A stretch of 64,000 nt of DNA from an uncultured candidate division Zixibacteria bacterium. Lineage in GTDB: Bacteria; Zixibacteria; MSB-5A5; UBA10806; 4484-95. The notes under the pieces were generated by a model, which had not been told where the DNA came from, searched no databases, and saw only the letters and a program-made list of their open reading frames with translations. The translations under genes and the position numbers were made by a program. The stretch covers positions 384,001 through 448,000 of the forward strand of contig CAXXKA010000006.1 in the NCBI GenBank assembly GCA_963668625.2, in the 5' to 3' direction. Of this stretch, positions 29,346 to 38,745 are shown one piece after another (position 1 is the stretch's first letter; each line of letters opens with the position of its first letter).

Positions 29346-29374
29346 AAAAAAAGCCCCCTGCAATACAGGGGGCT
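29346..29374 (-). terminator. Intrinsic terminator
   Basis: AGCCCCCTG/CAGGGGGCT stem with A-run on plus strand. Confidence 0.8.
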
Positions 29375-29402
29375 AAGATACAATGGAATTTGTCGCCTAA
29401 AT

Positions 29403-32400
29403 TTATTTCAATAAAGTCATCTCTTGTATCTCAGTGTATTCACCGGCGGCAATCTTATAGAAATACACACCGGAGGAAACATCCGAGGCATCCCAAACAA
29501 CCGAGTGCATACCCGTTCCAAGATGCTCGTTAACCAGTGTAGCTACTTTCTGGCCGAGCATGTTGTAAACCGTAAGCTCGACATCAGCAGGCTCCGGTAA
29601 CGCGAACTCGATCGAGGTCTTGGCGTTGAATGGATTCGGATAGTTCTGCGACAGGGCATAAGATTCCGGCAATACGGCCTGATCTTCTATGCCGGTAACG
29701 ACATCCAGAGTAACCGGGACGTCCATATCGGGCATCTGATGGTTGACATCATAGCAGCCGATAGACAAATTACCCTGATAAATGCCTATATCGAGATCGG
29801 AGGCATCCATCATGACATCAACAGTTACCGAGCCGCCGGCAGGTACAACACCCGAAGGCGGATTAACCGACAGCCAGCTACCCATAAACATGATCGCCAG
29901 GTCATTATGTACATAAGCCTGATCGAAAGCTACCTGTAAGCCAACATCGCCGGCGCCATTCTGAATACCAATCGTACAGTATTCGAGCGGATCATTAAGA
30001 TCAAGGTACTGGAATTTAATCTTGCCGTTAGGGTAAAGGATTACCTGGAATGTTTCGGGGCCGACACCATGATCCCAATCGTATGCAGGAACATCAACCC
30101 AAGAAATAACGGTCATATCGTCATCCGTATAGAATGTAATGATACCACTCGTTGAAGGATTCAAGTCCTCCCAGAACGGCGCAATCAGATTAAGCGGCCC
30201 ATCAGGATTGGGAAGCTCAGTGTTCGTATAAGCGGTAAGGCCGCTGGAAAATGATATGAAACCATTAGAACAGATATTCACGGTATTGAATACCTCGCCG
30301 TAGAACGGGAATCCAAACGCCAACCCGAACGGACCCTGGTTATCATCATCACCGAATGGATACTGTTCATGGCTACTGGGATCTATCCAGTTGAATTCCG
30401 GTCCGTTTGGCTCATCCGAATCAATCCACTTGTATCCGAAGGCATCAGGGCCGCCGGAATCAAGCAGCAATGGCGGATTGTAATCGCTGACCTGGAATGT
30501 TTTCTCACCCTCATATTTCGTCGAGGAGAACGCAGCCTGGCTGCTGTATGGATTGTAGGGTGTTTCACCCTGGACGTATACATTATCGTTGGTGGTGCAA
30601 CTGATGTCGAAATAAACATCCAAACCACCGCTATTGGCTAGTTCGAGTTCTACCGAGCCCGCCTGACCGAGAGGACAGTTGAACGTAATGTCATCAGGAT
30701 CGACTGATAACTCACCCGGGGCAGCCGGTATGCCCATAGCCTCGTTAGAGGGGCCAGATTCGATCTCATCATCATACATGGCCGTTGCGACATAGTAATA
30801 GGTCGTCCCATTTTCTACGCCGTAATCGTCATACGAGGTTTCCTCGAGATCAGAGGCAATCAAATTATCAGGGGTAACTTCGACATTCGGCGCGGTGCTT
30901 CTATACAGGTTATAACCTGAAAGCTCCTGGGTGTCGAGAATTACATCATCCATGGTAGGATTGTTACCGGAAAGGGTAAGGGCTACTCCCGAAGACCTGA
31001 TGCTTGCGCGAATCATTCTGTCGCCATCATACAGGCTTTCGTTTGTCCATACTCCGCCATTTCTGACCCAGTGATACTGTGGATAATCTGAGACAGCATC
31101 CAGGCCTAGACCATCATAAGGGTCGGCATCGTTTACATTGTTGAAAGCTACCCAGAACATGTCGGTATTACAGACAATCGGGGGATCGATAGCTATGGCA
31201 ATATCCATACCTAATTCAGCAGTAGCCGTGAACTCACCTAGCATATCGCCGGGTGTGCCGTCGCCGGCGTCATCAAAGATTTTCAACTGAACAGGTTCAT
31301 GGGTGCCGTCGGGCCATGGCCAGTACTCATCACCTTGGGTAAGGACATGCACGAAAACGCTGCAAATCTGTACCGGGGCAACAGCCACGAACGCGTTAGC
31401 GATCAGATTATCGGACGCGTAATAATAGAACGCGTTGCCGAGTACGCCATCATCGTACTGCAAAAGCTCGCATGGCGGCAGGCCTGGCTCGAACCAGGAT
31501 AACGGAACGACGCCGTCCTGATCGTCGGTAGCGCTTAATCCTGAAGGCGGCAATATCTCCGGTTGGGCATTGAAATCCGCCGTTATTACGTCGTTACCAG
31601 GTACATCATCTCCGGAAAGCATAGCAGTGGCGGTTAAAATGTAATCGCCGGCTTCGGCCGGAGTAAATTCGGCAAACGTAACATCAGCCGTTTCACCGAA
31701 CTCCAGATCTTCTACCGATCCGGATTCCTCGTATACGTTCGAACCGTCGTATTCGATAACGAGGCTGACGTCGAAAGTAGCTGTCATCGAGCCGTAGTTA
31801 GCGAAAGTCACGATCGGAGTTTCCGGTTGACCTTGCTGACCGTTTGATCCGGGTTGCACGAATGCAACGGCGGCAGCATCGTATAATGGCGGTTCTCCGA
31901 TATTCACCGAATAATCCTCGGTCTCGCCATAGGTTGTAGAATGGTTGCCTTGTCCATCACAAGCGCCATCATCACCGGGATCCGTATTATACTGTTCAAT
32001 AATGCGGAATCTCGTGGTACCGGCAGTAGCGTCATAGGGTACGGCAATATCCATCGTTAAAGTGATATCAGCACCGCTGCCTAAGTAGTAACACTCGGAT
32101 GCGTCAAAAATCTCATCGGCATTCCAGTCAAACCAGACCCGGGCATGCTCGGTGTATCCATCCGAGAAATAAGTTACTGATAACGTATATGTGCCGCCAG
32201 GAGTCACATCGGTGGATAAACTGGTATAATCGCCGTAGCTGGTCGGCCCATCCTGTCCTGAATTATTATTGATGTCACCAAATGTAACATTGGTGATCCA
32301 GTCATCAGTCTGGTTCGTATAAGTGGAGGCGCAGTAGTCTTGCGTATCGGTTATGATATCACTGTTATCGAAATTATCCATAGCTGCAAGTTCAATTGCT

Positions 32401-32504
32401 ATCTTTTCGGCATCAGTTTTAACGGTGCCCGCAATTGATAAACTGGCTATGACAAATGTTAGAATCATGGATACAACTAAATACTTGTTGTTAAAAATGC
32501 TCAT
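29403..32504 (-). CDS. Large secreted multidomain protein (GEVED, Ig/CARDB-like, FN3-like, SGGPD/nidogen-like, CTD)
   Basis: 'VWFDWN...YGETEDY', 'GYNLYRS...YYYVATA', 'SGGPDAFGY' and QNYPNPFNA...EMTLLK; likely start MSIFNN at 32504. Confidence 0.82.
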   Translation of the reverse strand: MSIFNNKYLVVSMILTFVIASLSIAGTVKTDAEKIAIELAAMDNFDNSDIITDTQDYCASTYTNQTDDWITNVTFGDINNNSGQDGPTSYGDYTSLSTDVTPGGTYTLSVTYFSDGYTEHARVWFDWNADEIFDASECYYLGSGADITLTMDIAVPYDATAGTTRFRIIEQYNTDPGDDGACDGQGNHSTTYGETEDYSVNIGEPPLYDAAAVAFVQPGSNGQQGQPETPIVTFANYGSMTATFDVSLVIEYDGSNVYEESGSVEDLEFGETADVTFAEFTPAEAGDYILTATAMLSGDDVPGNDVITADFNAQPEILPPSGLSATDDQDGVVPLSWFEPGLPPCELLQYDDGVLGNAFYYYASDNLIANAFVAVAPVQICSVFVHVLTQGDEYWPWPDGTHEPVQLKIFDDAGDGTPGDMLGEFTATAELGMDIAIAIDPPIVCNTDMFWVAFNNVNDADPYDGLGLDAVSDYPQYHWVRNGGVWTNESLYDGDRMIRASIRSSGVALTLSGNNPTMDDVILDTQELSGYNLYRSTAPNVEVTPDNLIASDLEETSYDDYGVENGTTYYYVATAMYDDEIESGPSNEAMGIPAAPGELSVDPDDITFNCPLGQAGSVELELANSGGLDVYFDISCTTNDNVYVQGETPYNPYSSQAAFSSTKYEGEKTFQVSDYNPPLLLDSGGPDAFGYKWIDSDEPNGPEFNWIDPSSHEQYPFGDDDNQGPFGLAFGFPFYGEVFNTVNICSNGFISFSSGLTAYTNTELPNPDGPLNLIAPFWEDLNPSTSGIITFYTDDDMTVISWVDVPAYDWDHGVGPETFQVILYPNGKIKFQYLDLNDPLEYCTIGIQNGAGDVGLQVAFDQAYVHNDLAIMFMGSWLSVNPPSGVVPAGGSVTVDVMMDASDLDIGIYQGNLSIGCYDVNHQMPDMDVPVTLDVVTGIEDQAVLPESYALSQNYPNPFNAKTSIEFALPEPADVELTVYNMLGQKVATLVNEHLGTGMHSVVWDASDVSSGVYFYKIAAGEYTEIQEMTLLK

Positions 32505-32635
32505 GTTTGCTCCTACTCCCAAAAAAACTAAAAACTTAACTACTAAAATTTAAGTATACGCCTAAAAACACCTCCTAACTGCTGGATATTATGTTGTAAA
32601 GTATTAATAAGGAGAATCACTATTCACCTGCGGAT

Positions 32636-32663
32636 ATTATACGAATTTATAGAGAATTGTCAA
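32636..32663 (-). promoter_or_regulatory. sigma70-type promoter
   Basis: TTGACA-16 nt-TATAAT on minus strand. Confidence 0.7.
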
Positions 32664-32824
32664 GCATTATTTGCAGGCCAGTAGGGCTAAAATATTAAGC
32701 GAACCCCTTATCCATTAAAGACTTGAAAGCTCGTATCCAACATGTAAAACGATATTACATTATCACTTATGATAATGATGATATTTTTATTTTGAATTAA
32801 TAATAGATTGATATTGTTATTTAT

Positions 32825-33571
32825 TTATCGCTTTTTTCTTGGCGCAAAAAGTTTTTGGGGCAAATCGGGGTTTGCCTTTATCCGTGATAATACATATTCG
32901 ACTTTTAGTTTATTGGATGTTGAACTCAGTTCAATCCTTCCGGGGAAAAGCATCCCATCTCCCGATTTACGCCAATCATAGTAGTTGGCTTCATAAATGA
33001 CCGGGTTAAAAAGCGAGAAGCGGTTGAAGATGAGACTGATCGGAGTACCGCTATCCTTGTTCAGCTCGATTATTATCAGACGGTCCATGCCTTTGCTGCA
33101 ATAAATCAAACGGTTGCCGTTTTTTTCGAGGTATTCGTAATTTTTCAGTCCCTTGAAAAAAAACACCGACTGTAAGATAGATTCCAGGTCCACCTCATAA
33201 TTATCGATACGTATTTGATCTAACAACGTTATACTTTCCGAGTAATCTTCTCTCGGAATCTCCCAGAACCCGCGGCCGTGAATAATCGCTCCCCTGGCGG
33301 CATCGATTCCCAGGGCGGCCTCGGCTAAAAAAGCGAAACTATCCGGGGCGGCATATACGAGTTGGAGGTTTGTCTTGTATGTCCGCTCGCCGCTTAAAGT
33401 AAAATCGCCTTTAAACGCCAGCGATTCGATAGAATCATATTTCGAACTGAAATATTGCCAGAGCTTTTCCGGTGATTGGGAAGGAATAATTTCAGGCGAC
33501 GGTTTAGTCCCGCAGGAATGTATGATTACCGCCGAAATAACGATGAATATTAGTTTATATTTAGAATCCAA
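32825..33571 (-). CDS. Lipoprotein, DUF4292/LolB-like
   Basis: Lipobox IHSC; beta-rich LolA/B-like pattern ending 'FPGRIEL...NPDLPQKLF'. Confidence 0.55.
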   Translation of the reverse strand: MDSKYKLIFIVISAVIIHSCGTKPSPEIIPSQSPEKLWQYFSSKYDSIESLAFKGDFTLSGERTYKTNLQLVYAAPDSFAFLAEAALGIDAARGAIIHGRGFWEIPREDYSESITLLDQIRIDNYEVDLESILQSVFFFKGLKNYEYLEKNGNRLIYCSKGMDRLIIIELNKDSGTPISLIFNRFSLFNPVIYEANYYDWRKSGDGMLFPGRIELSSTSNKLKVEYVLSRIKANPDLPQKLFAPRKKR

Positions 33572-34202
33572 AATTTTGCCCGGTGAACAACGAACCGAAT
33601 AGTTGAACGAACGGCCCGAACACTATCGCGAAAAAGTGAAAACCTCCAAACGAGGAAAGCAATATCAAACCAATTAAAATCATCGGGCCATAGCGTACGA
33701 ATGGTTGCATTTTAACGTAAGTTTCCGTCGAAACCAGGCCCTCGAGAATATGGAAACCATCCAGAGGTGGTATTGGCAGAAGGTTAAAAATAGTCAGGAT
33801 GAGATTAATCCAAACCGCCAGGTAAATCATCATCAGGATGATCTCGCCAACCTGGCTGCCTGCGAGCAGGGGACTGAAAAGCCTGAATATCAAACCGAAC
33901 ACGAAAGCTGTAATAAAATTCGAGACCGGCCCGGCTAACGCTACCCAGAGATTATCCTTCCTTGGATTCGCGAAATTTCGGGGATCAACGGGAACCGGCT
34001 TGGCCCAGCCGAAGCCGATGAATATTATAGCCAGCGTACCGAATAAATCCAGATGCGCCAGGGGATTGAATGTTAAACGTCCGGCCATCTTGGCAGTAGG
34101 ATCGCCAAGTCTGTAGGCTATATAGCCATGCGAGAATTCATGCACGGTTATCGCCAGTAAGAATACCGGCGCCAGTAAAACCAGTCTTTCAAGATTAAAC
34201 AA
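33561..34202 (-). CDS. Site-2 protease (M50 family)
   Basis: HEFSH, GWAKPVP and FNLLPIPPLDG. Confidence 0.92.
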   Translation of the reverse strand: MFNLERLVLLAPVFLLAITVHEFSHGYIAYRLGDPTAKMAGRLTFNPLAHLDLFGTLAIIFIGFGWAKPVPVDPRNFANPRKDNLWVALAGPVSNFITAFVFGLIFRLFSPLLAGSQVGEIILMMIYLAVWINLILTIFNLLPIPPLDGFHILEGLVSTETYVKMQPFVRYGPMILIGLILLSSFGGFHFFAIVFGPFVQLFGSLFTGQNFGF

Positions 34203-34278
34203 ATTACCTCCGTATCCATCACATTATATGCTTAAAAAACGCTTGAGGGCAAGTGTTTGTTTCAGCCAATAGTAATGG

Positions 34279-34899
34279 TTACATATATTGTTCGAAAGAT
34301 TCCTTTACCTGCCTGTTTGCTTTGGATACATGACCGTTGCCCAAAATGAAGAACCGCCAGAGTTTATCATTTCCTTTATCACCGATACCGATTCGCGATG
34401 AACGCCAAACATTTTCAGGTCGGTAACCGTCGTCCACTACATATATCTCATTTTTGGTCAGATCGAGGCCATTTTGCTCGGTTGTAATACCGAATGCCCT
34501 GGCCATCTTGCCGGGCCCGCTGGCTACGTTAGTTATTTCAGTCACGCCCCGGTTGGCCATCATATTCTCGATACCATACAGGGGCTCGAGTCCTCGCAAA
34601 AGAACCGCCGCCGGAAAGCCCTTACGCTCGGTTACGAAATTTAACATATAGTGATTGCCATAGGTGAAATAGACATACAAATAGCCGGGATCATTATACA
34701 TTATCTCGTTACGCGGTGTCATACCCCGGCAAGCATGACAGGCCGGATCGTCCTCGCCGATATAAGCCTCGACCTCCACCAGCCGACCGCCAAGTTTCAC
34801 GCCATCTGCTTTATAAACAAGTATTTTGCCCGGCAGGTCGATTGCAACATCCAATGTCGGCCTATCATAAAAAGTTCTATTAAGTTTTATCTGCTTCAT
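34279..34899 (-). CDS. mpg: DNA-3-methyladenine glycosylase (AAG/Mpg family)
   Basis: EVEAY, YVYFTYG, AVLLRGLEP, GPGK and RIGI. Confidence 0.9.
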   Translation of the reverse strand: MKQIKLNRTFYDRPTLDVAIDLPGKILVYKADGVKLGGRLVEVEAYIGEDDPACHACRGMTPRNEIMYNDPGYLYVYFTYGNHYMLNFVTERKGFPAAVLLRGLEPLYGIENMMANRGVTEITNVASGPGKMARAFGITTEQNGLDLTKNEIYVVDDGYRPENVWRSSRIGIGDKGNDKLWRFFILGNGHVSKANRQVKESFEQYM

Positions 34900-35719
34900 A
34901 GAATGGTTTGATTGCAACTCCCGAATCGGCGAGAGTTGCTATTGCTTCACGTATTCCCTCACCAAGGTGTTTAACGTTATGAGAGTCGGAGCCTATCGAA
35001 TTGAATACAGCTCCTGATCCGATAGCGTCTTCGATAAAATCAGGCTGGGGGAAAAACGAATCTCCTCCGTGACGGCGATAAGAGGTGTTAACCTCGAAAC
35101 CGGTACTGGTTCTTATCATCGCCTTAACGACTTTTTCCAGATATGATTTATGAATGGAGAATATTTCCTGTCCATAGTGGAAAACACCCCTGAGCAGGTA
35201 GTAATCGGCATGCCCTAAAATATCGAACAAACCGCAGTTCGCGGCGTTATATAAAAGTTCGAAATATGCGCCTGCAAGTTTTACCAGTGGATTAATATTG
35301 AAATAATCGGTTGCCTCTCTTTTACTCGCGATATTGATACCATCTATGATATGAACCGAACCGATCAGGTAATCAAAATCGAATATCTGTTTGAGACGAT
35401 AAATTTCCGATTCAACGCCCGGGAAGTAGTCCACCTCCATCCCGATCAGTATTTTCAGATCGGGGAACTTGTCCCGGGCAGTCATGCAATCATCCATATA
35501 ACGGCCGATCGTGTAGTCGTTAATCCTGAGCTTTTCGCCGTCTACAATCATGAACGGATCGATATCATCTCGAGCGGGATTGATATCGAAATGAGTGCTA
35601 AACCCTATTACCGGTATTTTCAATTCGTTCGCTCTCATGCAGTATCTATCGATACTCGTGTCGGAGTCTATCGAGTAATCGGGATGTACATGAAGATCGC
35701 AGGGAATTAACTTAGCCAC
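34880..35719 (-). CDS. PHP-family histidinol-phosphatase (HisJ-like)
   Basis: DLHVH, IGSVH, GHAD and GSDSH. Confidence 0.8.
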   Translation of the reverse strand: MAKLIPCDLHVHPDYSIDSDTSIDRYCMRANELKIPVIGFSTHFDINPARDDIDPFMIVDGEKLRINDYTIGRYMDDCMTARDKFPDLKILIGMEVDYFPGVESEIYRLKQIFDFDYLIGSVHIIDGINIASKREATDYFNINPLVKLAGAYFELLYNAANCGLFDILGHADYYLLRGVFHYGQEIFSIHKSYLEKVVKAMIRTSTGFEVNTSYRRHGGDSFFPQPDFIEDAIGSGAVFNSIGSDSHNVKHLGEGIREAIATLADSGVAIKPFYEADKT

Positions 35720-36339
35720 GGATTATTTTCTTTCTCGTAACCAATGGTAGTTTCCGGACCATGCCCGGGCAATGCCCTTGTTTGGTCGGGGAGGCTCAGC
35801 AATTTATCGTTTATCGCTTGTATCAGTGTTCGATGATCGGAGCCGGGCAGATCGGTACGGCCGATAGAGCCGAAAAATAAAGCATCACCGGTGAATACGA
35901 CATCGTCGACAAAGAGAGATATGCCACCCGGCGTATGTCCGGGAGTATGAAGTATTCTAATGATATGATCACCCAGCATAATTTCATCATCCTCGACCAG
36001 TAACTCATCGGCGGGTTTGGTGGTAAAAGACTTATCGTGGTAATAAGACAGGTTTTTCCGTGCCTGTGTCAGCATTATGGCATCTTCCTGATGAATCAAT
36101 ACAGGGGCATCGATAGCAGCTCGCAAATCGGGCAAGCCTTTGATATGGTCGATATGCCCATGCGTCAGGATTACTTTTTCCACCTTAATACCTTTCTGCT
36201 CGATAAAACCGAGTATACGTTCGGCTTCATCACCCGGATCTACAACGATAGCTTTGCCATCACTGTGGATAATGTAGCAGTTCGTTAAAAAATCACCAAC
36301 TTCTAATACATCAATGCTAATCGATTCAGGCATCCTCAT
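35707..36339 (-). CDS. MBL-fold metallo-hydrolase (YcbL/glyoxalase II-like)
   Basis: THGHIDH, HTPGHTPG, FTGD and PGHG. Confidence 0.88.
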   Translation of the reverse strand: MRMPESISIDVLEVGDFLTNCYIIHSDGKAIVVDPGDEAERILGFIEQKGIKVEKVILTHGHIDHIKGLPDLRAAIDAPVLIHQEDAIMLTQARKNLSYYHDKSFTTKPADELLVEDDEIMLGDHIIRILHTPGHTPGGISLFVDDVVFTGDALFFGSIGRTDLPGSDHRTLIQAINDKLLSLPDQTRALPGHGPETTIGYEKENNPWLS

Positions 36340-38176
36340 CTCCCCGATGAAAGTGATCGTATATTTTAACCGCTAATTTATTCGGAATCCCATGTGTATC
36401 TAACAACTCTTGTAGCTTTGCTTTCTTTATCGCATCTACCGAGCCAAAAGTTCCCAAAAGGGCGAATTTTCGTTTTTCACCGATTCCTTCGATTTGATCC
36501 AACTCCGAGGAATCGATTTTTTTCGAACGTAATTTGCGATGGTAAGTAACTGCGAACCGATGAGCTTCATCTCTTACTTGTTGGAGTAGCTTTAAGGCGG
36601 ATGATGTTCTGGGGATCGATATCGGTTCGGATCTACCGGGCAGGTAAACCTCCTCGTAACGTTTGGCCAGCGAGGCGCATTGCTGTTGGATTATGCCTAA
36701 CTCCCGTAATGCTCCCAGGGAGGCGTTGAGCTGTCCTTTGCCACCGTCGATTAATAAAAGGTCGGGATAATTCTCGTTGTTCTCAGCAAGATGGTTGAAA
36801 TAACGGCTGACAACCTCCGCCATCATTGAAAAATCATCCTGTCCCTCTATCGTTTTAATCTTAAACCTTCGATACCCTTTCTTCATAGGTTTGGCATCAC
36901 TGAAAAATATTACAGAACCAACCGCATCCGTACCCCCTAAATTCGATATATCGCAGGCTGCGATAGTGCGGGGTATGTGTTTTAAGTACAAATCACGCTG
37001 AAGGCTTAAAAGCACGCCGGGCGGTTTTTTTCTGGTCGCGCTTTTTTGTGCCAGTAGTTCACCCAATAGCAATTTCGCGTTTTTGATTGCCAGTTCGACA
37101 ACCCTGTGTTTTTCGCCGATTTTGGGATGAACTATTTTAATGGTTTTTTCTTTTTTTTCTTTGAACCACTGCTCGATAAGATTTTGCTCATCGACCTCCT
37201 CGTTTAAAAATACCTCGGTGGGTAAGAAAGTTATCGATTTATAATAGCGCAGTAAAAATGACGATATGATTTTGGCGTTGTCAATCTCCTCGGGTGCGGT
37301 CATGTAGTAATGTTGACGGCCAATCAATACACCCTGCCTGACTTGCAGTACCACTATACACACATCGGCGCTACTCCGAGCCTGTACGATGATATCGCGG
37401 TCGGCCAGGTCCTCGCTAACCACTTTTTGTTTCTCGACTACTGATCTTATTCCGGCTATTTGATCACGAACCTGGGCGGCTTTTTCGAATTCCAGTTTTT
37501 CGGAGTACTCGTTCATCTTGTCATCTAGATTATTGATCACTTCATCCGAACGACCGGATAAGAACAATAATACGTTATTGATAATTTCACCGTACTCCTC
37601 GGGAGAGGATTTATCCGGTTCGCACACTCCCGGACATCTGCCGATGAAGTAATCCAGGCAGACACGGTACTTTCTTGTCGAGGGCAATTGAAGGTTGCAC
37701 GAGCGCACCGGGAAAATCTTGCGAACCAGTTTGAGTGTCCGGCGCATGCCGCCAACATTGGTAAACGGCCCGAAATACTTGGCGCCGTCATCCTTGATTT
37801 GACGGACAACCAGTACTCGCGGGAAAGCCTCGCTGGTGATTTTTATGTACGGGTAACGTTTATCATCCTTGAGATTGACATTGTAATACGGCTTATGTTC
37901 TTTTATGAGATTCGATTCTAAAATCAAGGCTTCCAATTCCGAGTCAGTGGCCAGCGTGTCAACATCCGCGATAGAACTTACGAGTTTGCGGGTTCTGGGA
38001 TGATCGATTTTTTTGATGAAATACGATTTGACCCGGTTTTTTAAAGATTTAGCTTTGCCAATATAGATTATGGTTCCCTCGGTATTTTTAAACATATAAA
38101 CCCCGGGGGAACCGGAGAGATTTTTCAACTTGGTTTTGAGACTTACCGAGATATTAGTACTTTCGTTTTCAGTCAT
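36326..38176 (-). CDS. uvrC: Excinuclease ABC subunit C
   Basis: GIY-YIG N-terminus (GVYMF..IYIGKA), IDGGKGQ, RDEAHRFA and HhH. Confidence 0.97.
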   Translation of the reverse strand: MTENESTNISVSLKTKLKNLSGSPGVYMFKNTEGTIIYIGKAKSLKNRVKSYFIKKIDHPRTRKLVSSIADVDTLATDSELEALILESNLIKEHKPYYNVNLKDDKRYPYIKITSEAFPRVLVVRQIKDDGAKYFGPFTNVGGMRRTLKLVRKIFPVRSCNLQLPSTRKYRVCLDYFIGRCPGVCEPDKSSPEEYGEIINNVLLFLSGRSDEVINNLDDKMNEYSEKLEFEKAAQVRDQIAGIRSVVEKQKVVSEDLADRDIIVQARSSADVCIVVLQVRQGVLIGRQHYYMTAPEEIDNAKIISSFLLRYYKSITFLPTEVFLNEEVDEQNLIEQWFKEKKEKTIKIVHPKIGEKHRVVELAIKNAKLLLGELLAQKSATRKKPPGVLLSLQRDLYLKHIPRTIAACDISNLGGTDAVGSVIFFSDAKPMKKGYRRFKIKTIEGQDDFSMMAEVVSRYFNHLAENNENYPDLLLIDGGKGQLNASLGALRELGIIQQQCASLAKRYEEVYLPGRSEPISIPRTSSALKLLQQVRDEAHRFAVTYHRKLRSKKIDSSELDQIEGIGEKRKFALLGTFGSVDAIKKAKLQELLDTHGIPNKLAVKIYDHFHRGDEDA

Positions 38177-38273
38177 ACTAATATATTAAACTTTAGTAAA
38201 CGCTCAAGTCAACAAACTAAAACGCAAAAAATATGGAATTTTTAATTATCGGGATATTGTCGTTGGTTTGACC

Positions 38274-38378
38274 TTACACCGGAACTAAAACTATCGCGGC
38301 CAGCAGGCAAAGAAGGCTGAACGCATAAAAGAATACGGGTCTCGGTTCAATCATTTTGTCTTCATTGAAACTGTACAT
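38274..38378 (-). CDS. Unannotated 34-aa single-TM small protein (MYSFNEDKMIEPRPVFFYAFSLLCLLAAIVLVPV)
   Basis: AGGAGG RBS just upstream of ATG; hydrophobic C-terminal helix; below the ORF-track cutoff. Confidence 0.6.
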   Translation of the reverse strand: MYSFNEDKMIEPRPVFFYAFSLLCLLAAIVLVPV

Positions 38379-38408
38379 AATACCTCCTAAATCATAGGCG
38401 ATTTAAAA

Positions 38409-38477
38409 TGGGAGCGGCGGAGGGGGGATACCCTGAGTCATTCAGGGGGGCCGGCAAAACCGGCATCACCGCTCCCA
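38409..38477 (-). ncRNA. Structured three-way-junction 5' leader (candidate cis-regulatory RNA)
   Basis: Outer stem GGGAGCGGUG/CGCCGCUCCC with inner hairpins GCCGG/CCGGC and CCCUGA/UCAGGG; GC-rich island in AT-rich spacer. Confidence 0.45.
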
Positions 38478-38513
38478 AAAAATCTTAACCCTTAATCAGC
38501 TATATGATTTAAA

Positions 38514-38529
38514 GGCAATATATATGCCA
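38514..38529 (-). promoter_or_regulatory. Putative sigma54 promoter
   Basis: TGGCAT-ATATA-TTGCC on minus strand. Confidence 0.6.
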
Positions 38530-38691
38530 TTATCAAAAAACAATGCGAAGAATTACGATTGATTTATCCATCACTTTTAATTTAATAAATATCAATAAAT
38601 AAGCAAGAGCTAAAACAGGGATATCATGGGCAGAAAAATCATATAATATCGGATATAAATTGTTATGTGCAATATCTTTCATATAATGAAT

Positions 38692-38722
38692 AAAAAAGCG
38701 GCTGAGAATGATCTCAGCCGCT
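38692..38722 (-). terminator. Intrinsic terminator
   Basis: AGCGGCTGAGA/TCTCAGCCGCT stem with A-run. Confidence 0.8.
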
Positions 38723-38745
38723 GGCGGTTGTAGGTTTGCAAGAAC

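Noticed and set aside
29208-29414. 68-aa ORF spanning structured repeat copy 2
   Set aside because: The equivalent frame in copy 1 stops after six codons; conservation is structural, not coding
38409-38477. c-di-GMP-I riboswitch assignment
   Set aside because: Has a GGCAAAAC word on the plus strand but lacks the two-hairpin GNRA/receptor layout, and promoter/ORF orientation is minus
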